Assembly (NCBI RefSeq): GCF_009914755.1
Contig: NC_060937.1
Length of the DNA stretch: 64,000 nucleotides
Direction: 5' to 3' (one strand)
DNA from: the human T2T-CHM13v2.0 reference genome, Homo sapiens
Shown here: piece by piece, positions 53,685-64,000 of the stretch
Layout of the letters: each line of letters begins with the position of its first letter
Numbering within the stretch: the stretch's first letter is position 1
Position numbers and translations under genes: made by a program
The notes under the pieces: model-generated
What the model saw: only the letters and a program-made list of their open reading frames with translations
Told to the model about the DNA's origin: nothing
Database searches by the model: none

Positions 53685-54262
53685 TTAATTGACAAATAGT
53701 AATTGTATGTATTAATAGGGTGTAATGTGGTGTTTTGATATGTGTTTACATTGTGGAATAATCAAATCAATTAATAAATTCATCACCTCACATACTTATT
53801 ATTATTTTGTAGCAAAACATTTTAAATCTACTTTTTAACAATATTTATATATATTTACTTATATACCAATGCTTTACAGTTTATTATAGTCACCACTCTC
53901 CCTTTTCCCCCTTACCTTCCCCAACATCTGATACTCATCATTCTACTTGCTACATCTATGAGTTTGACTTTTATAGATTCCAGCAATCTCACTTCTGGGT
54001 GTATATCCAAAGGAATTGAAATCAGCATGCCAAAGAGATAACTGCACTTCTGTGTTCATTGCAGCATTATTCACAAAAGCCAAGATATGGAAACAATCTA
54101 GGTGTCTATCATTGGATGAATGGATAAAGGAAATACGGTATATATACGCAACTTTAAAAAGAAGGAAATTCTGTCATGTGCAAAAATGTAAATTAAACTG
54201 GGGGAGATTACACTACGTGAATTAAACCAGGCAAAGAAGAACAAACACTGCATGATCTCATG
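53685..54262 (-). mobile_element. L1MA 3' end with 5' inversion (53685-53982 minus; 53980-54262 plus)
   Basis: Antisense 3'UTR joined to sense ORF2 C-terminus (ORF 54016..54225: [18 protein letters not shown]). Confidence 0.85.
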
Positions 54263-54285
54263 TACAATCCATGCCTTAATCTTAA

Positions 54286-54626
<341 letters not shown>

Positions 54627-56040
54627 AAGGTAATAGATTTATAATGTTTTAAGCCAATCATAATTATTTTATGGCAGCAATAGACAACCAATACACATAC
54701 AAATCTCTCTGTTTCTAAATTTTATAAGCATGAATAAAAAACTACCTTCAAAAGCAAAGAGGAAGTAGACTAATGATAGATATGTTGGACCTATTAGAAA
54801 GAGGGACAATTTTGTGCTAAGGCAAGACCTGCCAAGTAAAAGTGATGGAAGGTATTAACTAGCCAGATATCCATTGGTATGAAAATATTTATTTATTTTC
54901 CGCTGCTCAGCTACCATAATTAGTACAATATAATAGGGCTTTGCCTTATAAGATCAACTTAGTGAATAAAATCTCTTCTATTTTAATGATACTGGAAATA
55001 ACTTAGTACCAAATCAATTATTGCAAGTTCATATATTTCAAGTTCAGTATAGAGATAAACATTTTATACCTCTTTTACTTTGCATGAAAATATCATTTCT
55101 TGACATATCCAGATGGTTTATTTTGAATAAAGTAATATATGTCCTAAAATGAGTGAAGTATTGAAAGCAATAAATAGAAAATAACGTATTATACATAGTA
55201 GTGTCATTTTGAAATGATTTAAATATAGTTAAATATGGCAGAGCTTATGCCATATTTCATTTTAGATCTTTTAAATATGGTAGTATTGGTGTCTTAATTG
55301 CTAAAGAGTTTTAGAAACTGGGTACATGAAATGATAATTCCTCCAAGAAAAAAGTGGTCTTCAAAAAGACAAAATCAGAACTTATTTCCAGTATTATGTA
55401 TTCTGAAATGAAATGCCATATATGGATTACAACTATAATGGAAATCAAACTAGCAAACATTCTCTCATTATCTTTCTCACTCTCTATCTGACTTCTACGT
55501 GTCTGCCTATATTTCTATCTATCTTCATGTAACTAAAAATAAAAAAACATATCAGAAGATACAAGCGTCATATTTTGTTGTTGAATGACAATATATCTAT
55601 ACGAGAAGAATAGTCCTTATTTTTATTCTATAGACATCCATTTTAAAGGTCTCCTTAACAAATGTTAATATAAAAACTATGTGCAATTTTAGAATTTGAT
55701 ACCCTAACTTGAAATAGAGACAGTAGGCATTTTTACTTTCACTTTCTCCAATGTGATGTTTTCAAAAATAACACAGATGTCCAAACATTTATATGGAATC
55801 AAAAATCTGTTAAAGTGTTGCTTCTGCTTTGTTTACTTATAAATTTATAAATTTACAAATTAAAATAAATGATGAATATTCTTATAATTTCTTTTCTTGC
55901 AGCCAGAAAACAAACTCATTAAAATAAAACTGCTGCTGTAAAAATTTAGTTTTGAATGTGCATGCCCGGGTCCATCTGATTTTCCCAAAGATTCTACTAG
56001 ATTTTCTCAAAAGAAGAAATTTATTAAAAATCAATGGATT

Positions 56041-56351
56041 GGCCAGGCACAGTGGTTCACACCTGTAATCCCAGCACTTTGGGAGGCCCAGAAGGGCAGA
56101 TAACTTGAGGTCAGAAGTTCAAGACCAGCCTGACCAACATGGTGGAACCCTGTCTCTACTAAAAATACAAAAATTAGCTGGGCATGGTGGCATGGCCTGT
56201 AATTCCAGCTATTCAGGAGGCTGAGGCAGGAGAATCACTTGAACCCAGGAGGGGGAGGTTGCAGTGAGCCTAAATCATGCCACTGCACGCTAGCCTGGGT
56301 GACAGGGAGAGACTCTGTCTTGAAAAAATGATTAAAATAAATAAATTAATT
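56041..56351 (+). mobile_element. AluSx/Sz-like
   Basis: Full dimer; TSD aaaatcaatggatt at 56027-56040 and 56352-56365. Confidence 0.93.
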
Positions 56352-57039
56352 AAAATCAATGGATTACACCAAAACTTTTTGACAGAAGAAAGTGTTGGAA
56401 AATGATTATGTCTTGAGTATTGGCTTTTCACACACTAGTTACTTAATGCCATTTAAATAGATTTAATTATTCATTATTTTTGTCAATGTGTTTGACTTCA
56501 AAATGTTTCTGCAAATTATATTCCACAAAATATGCTTATTTAGCAAGGTTGGCACAGTTTTACAAGTTGTTTTTAATAATTTCTGGCTCCAGTTCAAATT
56601 TTGAAATCATATCAGAAAATAAATGCAAGCATTAATGGTTCCAAAATTGTTGTCTCATTCATAACCATTGAACACTCTTGGGTAATTTGATAGTATTTAG
56701 TAAATTTTAAAATAATTTTTCCAGAATACTTTTTATCATATGTTTATTTCTAATTTTAAACTTCTTAAATTCATTTTCAGCCAAATGATTGTACCAAGGG
56801 ACTATTGCCATCAAATGTGCATTTTTCTTGTAAGGATCATATTGCAATTATTAGAGCATTGCAATAATTTGCAATTCTCTCTTACAAGACTGTGCACTTA
56901 TTTAAATTGCCTACTAGTCTTTTAACATGTTTCAATTGTTTGATTTTCTTTTAAAGAACTTCAAAAATAAGTGAGAGGTAAAGGACTGTAATCCCAAAGA
57001 CAATGATGTTTAAAGCTACATATTTTTAAATCTCATGTT

Positions 57040-57195
57040 TACATTACACTAAGTGTGAAACTGTACAAGTTATTTAATATTTGTCTCAAGATGATCACGT
57101 GAAAAATGATAACAAAAACATTTCTTTTTTCGAAGGTATAGTTATGATAAAATATGCAATATGGGAATGCTTGGCATATGAGTCATCAATAGTAT
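57040..57195 (+). mobile_element. MIR fragment
   Basis: tgtgaaactgtacaagttatttaat…aatgcttggcatatg. Confidence 0.5.
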
Positions 57196-57219
57196 CATCA
57201 AAATAAGTTTTGTATCATA

Positions 57220-57505
57220 CTTAATGAACTGTTTGCCCACCTTAAGATCATGAAGACCTTCTATCGTGTTTCACTATAGTCATCTTACACTTTTATCTCT
57301 TAAACTTAGGCTGGGGATTCATTTGAATTAGTGTTTATGTTGTTGTTGTTACTAGTTTTGTTCTTTGCTGTTGTTGTTAGTTTTTTGTTGTTGTTATTAT
57401 ATGGTGTGGGGTAATGGTTTAAGTTTTTCATGTTTTGTTTCTGGCTTTTTGGTTTTTGTTTTTTTTTGCATGTGTATAATCCAGACTGTCCCACATTTAT
57501 TAACA
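57220..57505 (-). mobile_element. Ancient L1M fragment with (TTG)n expansion
   Basis: tttgcccaccttaagatcatgaaga…tatatggtgtggggta…ccacatttattaa. Confidence 0.65.
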
Positions 57506-58439
57506 TAGGGGAAAAACTGGTATTTCTCTAGTTGTAATTTACCATGAACTTCATTTTAGCTCAACCTAATTTTGATTGGACTTTTCCATAGGTCTAGTAA
57601 CATAAAGTTTTTAAAACATTTTCCCCAAGTGAAAACTATTAGAAAACTGTCAGGAAATTAGAAAATATAGTATGTGGCTTTCCAATTCATTATTTAATAA
57701 AAGTGATTATTATTTTAGATCTTCAAATATCCTAGTTACTTACTTTCTGCCCAACTCTATATTCCTATTTTTGTCATGTAAGTAAAAAATAGTAACATTT
57801 ATTTATGAAATACATAAAGTTAAATTAAAAAACAAGATTAACTTTTAATAAAACGCCAACAAGAAGTGTAATAAGAAATTAAATTAGATAGATAATATGT
57901 AGGACAAATAGTTGCATAATGTTTTAAAATATCCATGTTTATTTTGTTTTGTTTTCTCAGTGGATATCACACATTTCAATCTTACTGTTGCTATTGCTGT
58001 ATATTGCTATTACCTTTACTTTTGTGCCCAGAACTTTCAGATTTGTTCCTATTACTCATAAGAATGTAGTTCCAGAAAACTCAGAGATTACCTGGCAATC
58101 TGTCAAAGAGACATGAAAACTTTAAAAAAGTAATGTATCTAAAATCCTTTCCTTATTGTCAACTAAAGTAGACATATTTTTCTGTATCAAATATTTTCTT
58201 AAATCCTATATAACTTTACCTTATGAGAACAAAAAATGTTCTGCATTTTCCCATGTAATAAGAGTATAATAATTAAATCAATAAGCTAGAATTTTATAAC
58301 CTCATGTTCCAAGTTTTTCTGAATGAATTTGCCAAAAGGAATATATACATTTAATATTTATGTTTATACTATCAATAATTTTATTTTACAACCCATTAGC
58401 TAAATACAAAATTAATACTATAGCTTTCTTCTAAATAAC

Positions 58440-58940
58440 TTATATTAATGAACTATTTCTGTGTAACAAATTATCCTAAAATTTAGCAGCGTAAAAAAAT
58501 GTGTTATATAATACAGTTTCTCAGGGTCAGTGACCCAGGAAGAAACTTCTAGGTGCTCTGTCCTGTGCTCAATCACCAGGTTGTATTCCACCTGCCATCC
58601 AGGCAGCAGTCTTTCTAGGCCTGGACTGGAACTAGAGAATTCTCCCCCAGGTTAACTCATATGGTTGTTAGAAATCATCAGTCCTTTCTGGTTGCTGGCA
58701 GAAGATGTTTCTTCTTTGCCATATAGGCCTCTCTGCAGGCTGCCTGACGGTCCTCACAAAATGACAGCTGGCTTTCCCCAGAGCAACTCTGAAAATTTAA
58801 GAGAGTCTCTTGTAATCTAATTTTGGAAGAGATACATCTTCACTTTTGCCATATTCAGTTGGACATCCACACCAAAATTAAGCTACTCTGTGGGAGGGAA
58901 CTAAATTATGGTCTATGTGAATAGCAGGAGAGGGTTCACA
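58440..58940 (-). mobile_element. MLT1F-type MaLR LTR
   Basis: tgtgtaacaaattatcctaaaatttagcagc…cctcacaaaatgacagctggctttccccagagcaa…tgtgggaggga. Confidence 0.8.
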
Positions 58941-59755
58941 ATCAATCATACACGCACTGCAATATCTTTTAATTTAAATTAATTTCATGGTATGTCTAGT
59001 TTAAATAAGAATATTAGAATAATATAGCGTCTGCTAAAATAAATTACTATCCTCCAAAACTCTCTAAAATAAATACCGATTTAAATATGTCATAGGATAA
59101 CTTCACTGCTCTTAAAAATTAAGTAGGTATATAAAATTTTAGTGGAAAAATAAAGTGTACAAATAAATATTATTTAGCTTAGTAGAAGAAAATATGTGAT
59201 AGAGTTTTATTCAGTTCTAGGCAATGTCGACTTTTTTTTCATAAGAAATGGCTGTGAATTTCTACTACCTCAGCTTAACTGTCATAAACACACCAGAAAC
59301 AAGCAAATACCTTAGGGGACTAAACTCAAGACAATGTGAGATGTTCTGAAAACCAAACTAAAATGTTAGATAGCCTGAGAAAAGAACATTTATATAACGT
59401 TTTCTGTAAGGTAAAGTCCATTTAAGAAAGACTATTTAGGGCTTAAGGGTTGTATTAATGGCAATGCCCAGTATTATTATGAATCTTTGCTTAGTTTTCA
59501 CTAGCTTACTTAGTGGGTAGTTGAAAGAACCTCGATTCTCTTGTGTTCAGCTCTGATTCTTTCTTTTAGTTCACCATGTTCTAGTCTGTTATTAAAGACT
59601 TCCATCAGAGTGCTCATTGGAGCCTTGTGACTACTGTAAAAATCACTATATCTAAATACTATTATTTTTGAAGAAATTCTGTAAAATGCTTTAGTGTTAC
59701 TGGACCAAAAAGTATGTTTGCGAAAAACCCATGTTCATGCATTCATGTAAATAAA

Positions 59756-59782
59756 TACACACACACACACACACACACACAC
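59756..59782. repeat. (CA)n microsatellite
   Basis: Direct reading. Confidence 0.95.
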
Positions 59783-61189
59783 CCCTTAGTCGTTCTAAGT
59801 CTTCCTTATATGTCACAAATATGCAACTTTTCTCTCTGCCAAAATTGAATAATTTAGAGTCACATATAATGTCTTCATATTTCATTTGCTCCCAGTTTGT
59901 TTAATCTTCCAGTGGTGATTCACAGAGCTTTGCTAAATAGATGGAAATTACCAATCAGAAACATGAGCCTCACAATTTAAAATATGACCACTTTGAAGTA
60001 ACATTCACATAAGATAATTGTAGAGGTAAGTGTTTTGAATATAAGATTATGTGTAAAATGATCCTATTATTTTAATAATAGAATTATGTATAACATTAAA
60101 TTAGTGCTTCTATTTCATGCTTTCAGCCTCATTATTCATAAATTGAATTTCAACTAATCAAGCGTAACACTCAATGACTAGTACAGATAGCATCAGTATC
60201 TGTAATACAGATAGCATCAGCATTTTCACTGTCATGTTAGATATATCTAATTCTTTGGGTAAGTGAGTTAATAGAAAGTATAGGCTTTCACTGAAAAATG
60301 GTAAAGTGCAGATATAAAATATTTGTATACTTAAAGTTACAAAAGTTATCCTCACCTTTTGTGTATGTTCAAAAGTGAATTTGTTCTATGCACCCTTTGA
60401 TCATTATTTAACTATGTTATTTGTCAAATTCCCACTGCCATCTGTGTACTGTTTTGACAAAAGCATAATTAATGTTTTAAAAAGTCATCTCATTTTAATT
60501 CTGAAATCCCATAACATGAATTGCTTGATTTTTTTCTTAGCTCTTTAGCGTAACTCATCTTTTTTGTAAATTTTGCATTTACAGCAATTATTCCTTCAAG
60601 GTATCTGCATGTAGGCATTTTCAATTTATTTCTCAAGTAGAGCTCCCTGACTGGCAGAAGAATAAGAGAAATGGCAGATTGGAGTTTTAACATGATTTCC
60701 TATTCATCTAGGCTGCCAAGGCTAAACTTGTAATTAAAGGATAATCCCACAGCAAGACCAAGCGCACAGCAAGTAAACACAAGCCTATGTTTATGGGGCA
60801 CTTTTATTTAGTACTTGGTTCCGGGAAATATTTTTATAAAAGTAATGCAGATAATTACCATAAAACACACTACTATTTAATTAGCCCCTTTTATGCTGAA
60901 TCTGAACACATTAACAACTTCATTCTTAGCAGAATCTCTTTAAAACATGAGAAACAGTTCTCGAATCATAACTACCATTAAAAAAAAAAGGAATATAAAA
61001 TAAGTGTCATAAAAAGCTAGGCTTTTATGGGCTTTGGAATCAGACAGATCTTTGTCCTTTTCACTCACCTACCCTCATACATAAATTCTCTCTTAATCTC
61101 TTTCTTAATCTTCCATAAAAATGGGATGTACTTCAAAGACTAAATAAAAGAGAACATACTGAGTTTTTGTCATGACTTATATGTATCTG

Positions 61190-63024
61190 ACTTACCCTCC
61201 TACCAGAAATTATTATAAAATAGGAAAATAGATATAAACTAACATTTTAAAGCATAGAACAATTCAGGGATCTGATCTTTTCTATAAGAAAAACAAATGA
61301 GACAAACTCAGTATTCATCCCAGTATTCTAACTGGGTGCACTTCACAAACCACAACACAAAGTCATTGAGCCCTAACAAAAAGCATTGCTCTCATTAGAC
61401 AGAGGAAGTGGAGACCAAGGTGTGGCCTGCCAGTGGCTAGAATTTACACTGGTTTCTAGAGCAGAAAAATCTCTGCAAATGAAAGCTTCAGAAAGCTGAA
61501 GAGGGGTTTCTTTGAGTTTGTGACTAAGTGAAAAGCTATAAATGCATGTGACAAGACTCTGTGGCCTGAAGCGTTTAAGGAACTATTGGGATAATTTAAT
61601 TTAATCAGGGATGATGCAAAACTCTCAGTTCTGGGTGTTAGTGTAGTTCCAGCCATCCCACTGATAGAACTTATTGAATAGCTTGGTATTAGAAAGAAAC
61701 CTCAGAGAAATTAATCTATCCACAGGGTAACAACTACAGGAGGTATGAACTAACAAAGCCTAAAACCATACCTCAACAGGATCAAATTCATGAGTCAATA
61801 GATTAACTGCCTTCCGTAACAAAGTTAAACACTTTAAAGAATGATAACAGCAAGAAAACTCCACATAATCCATCCTTTTAAAAATTACTGGATATGCAAA
61901 AATTACAAAAACTTAAAACATAAGGCAAAGAAAAATCAGCCAGTAGAGAAAGACCAAAAGATAAACCTGATAATGAGTGATAAAATAGGTACTTTAAAAC
62001 AATACAGTAGTTATGATTGTGCTCAATAATTTAAAATAAAACATAAAAGAATTTATGCATATAATGAGTAAAAATATGATGAAAAAAGGAAACAACTAAA
62101 AACAAACAAACAAACAAAAACAAGAAAGCAATGGTAATCAAGCCAGTGTAGTGTTGGGAAGAGAATAGATAAACAGATCAATGGAACAAAATATAGGGCC
62201 CAGAAATAGGCCCACACAAATATAGTGAACTAATCTTTGACAGAGGAACAAAGGCAACATAATGGAGTAAAGACAGACTTGTCAGCAAATGATGCTAGAA
62301 CAATTGGACATCCATATGCCAAAACAAACAAACAAACAAACTTCACACATAGACCTTATACCTTTCAGAAAAATTAGCTCGAAATGAATCCCAGACCTAA
62401 ATGTAAAATAAAAAACTATTTAACAACAAGATAACATAAAAGAAAATGTAGATAATCTTGAATTTGGCAATGACTTTTTAGATACAACACCAAAGATACG
62501 ATGAAAGAAAGAAATTGGTCAGGCGTGGTGGCTCACACCTGTAACCCTATTACTGTGAGAGGTCAAGGTGGGAGGATCATTTGAGCCCAGAGGTTCAAGA
62601 CTCACCTGGGCAACATAACAAGACCCTGTATCTACAAAAAATACAACAAACACACAAAAAAATAGCCAGGCATTGTGACATGTGACTGTAGTCCCAGCTA
62701 CTTGGGAGGCTGAGGGAGAGGACTGCTTGAGCCCAGGAGGTTGAGGCTACAGTGAGCCGTGATTGTGCCATAGCACTCCTGCCTGGGCAACAGTGTGACA
62801 CCTGGTATCCAAAAAAAAAAAAAAAAGAAAGAAAGAAAGAAAGAAAGAATTCATAAACTGGACTTTGTTAAAGTTAAAAATGCCTGTTCTGTGAAAGACA
62901 CACCCAAGAGAATAGAAAAATCAAAGATTGAGAGAAAACACTTGCAAAAGTCATATTTGCTAAAAGACTGTTATCCAAAATATATCAGGAATGCTTAAAA
63001 GGCAGCAATAAGAAGATGAACAAC
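61190..63024 (+). mobile_element. Ancient L1M fragments: 5'-region-like ~61.2-62.1 kb and ORF2 3' region 62130-63024 split by an AluJ
   Basis: atagataaacagatcaatggaacaaaata…atctttgacag…ggacatccatatgc parallels the L1MC at 34960-35420; the 5' part is less certain. Confidence 0.7.
62517..62842 (+). mobile_element. AluJ
   Basis: ggaggatcatttgagccc, ggttgaggctacagtgagccgtgatt; (GAAA)n tail; TSD aaagaaagaa. Confidence 0.9.
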
Positions 63025-63383
63025 TGATATGGTTTAGCTTTGTGTCCACATCCAAATCTCATGTTGAATTGTAGCTACCATAATTTCCATGTTTTGTGTG
63101 AGGGATCTAGTGGGAGGTAAGTCAATCATGGGGGCAGGTCTTTCCCGTGCTGTTCTCCTCATAGTGCATAAGTCTCATGAGATCTGATGGTTTTATAAAT
63201 GGGATTTTCCCGGCACAAATTCTCTCTTGTCTGCCGCCATGTAAGACATGCCTTTCACCTTCCATCACAATTGTGAGGCCTACCCAACCACCTGGAACTG
63301 TGAGTCCACTAAACCTCTTTTTCTTTATAAATTACCCAGTCTTGGGTATATATTTATCAGCAGTGTGAAAACAGACTAATACA
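63025..63383 (+). mobile_element. THE1B-like 5' LTR
   Basis: tgatatggttt…gaattgtagctaccataattt…aaattacccagtc…gactaataca. Confidence 0.93.
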
Positions 63384-64000
63384 GTAAATTGATATTGAAA
63401 GGGCAGTGCTATAAAGATATCCAAAAATGTGGAAGCAACTTTGGAATTGGGTAACAGGCAGGGATTGGAAGAGTTTGGAGGGTTGAGAAAAAGGCAGGAA
63501 AATGTGACAAAGTTTGGAACTTCCTAGAGAGTTGTTGAATGGCTTTGACCAAAATGCTGATAGTGATATTGACAATGAAGTCCAGGCTGAGGTGGTCTCA
63601 GATGGAGATGAGAAACTTGTTGAGAACTGGAGTAAACGTGACTCTTGCTATGTTTTAGCAAACAGCTGGTGGCATTTTGCCCCTGCCCTAGAGATTTGTG
63701 GAACTTTGAACTTGAGGGAGATGATTTAGGGTACCTGGAAGAAGAAATTAAGCAGGAAAGCATTCAAGAGGTGACTTGGTTGCTGTTAAAGATTCAGTTT
63801 TAAAAGGGAAACAGAGCACAAAAGTTCAAAAAATTTGCACCCTGATGATGCAATAGAAAAGAAAAATCCATTTTCTGAGAAGAAATTCAAGCCTGCTGCA
63901 GAAATTTGCATAAGTAATGAGGAGCCAAATGTTAATCGCCAAGGCAATAGAATAACTGTCTCCTGGGCGTGTCAGAGACTTTGTGGCAGCCCCTCCCATC
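63384..64000 (+). mobile_element. THE1 internal region (continues past the window end)
   Basis: gtaaattg…ggaagcaactttggaattgggtaacaggcag; ORF 63514..63729 ELPRELLNGFDQNADSD…EVVSDGDE is the typical MaLR-int remnant ORF. Confidence 0.93.

Noticed and set aside
55231-55257. 10-bp stem hairpin (aaatatggca/tgccatattt)
   Set aside because: Too short for a pre-miRNA and plausible by chance in 64 kb of AT-rich DNA.

Overview
AT-rich hominoid (most likely human) genomic DNA, intergenic or deep-intronic. The species call rests on AluY, L1PA2-like and LTR12C copies. I find no protein-coding gene, RNA gene or CRISPR array. Nearly all long ORFs in the track are L1 ORF1/ORF2 remnants, Alu or LTR reading frames, or chance ORFs. 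Roughly half or more of the window is transposable-element sequence: about 20 Alus, L1s of many ages, ERV1 and MaLR LTRs, Tigger/MER DNA transposons, and MIR/L2 fragments. The L1s include a near-full-length ancient L1MC-type copy at ~27.3-36.9 kb and a four-level nested L1/MSTA/L1 stack at ~14-18.3 kb. The LTRs include a CpG-rich solo LTR12C at 23177-24536, and a THE1 LTR plus internal region runs off the right end. The most notable observations are the LTR12C promoter with a 13-bp tandem amplification, an L1PA7-like copy with an in-frame ~2.8-kb internal ORF2 deletion, a twin-priming L1 inversion, non-TE local duplications (92 bp tandem, ~179 bp spaced) and two candidate cryptic exons. The sequence alone does not support a new biological system. 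All subfamily names come from recalled consensus sequences and need RepeatMasker/Dfam confirmation; boundaries of old elements are approximate.
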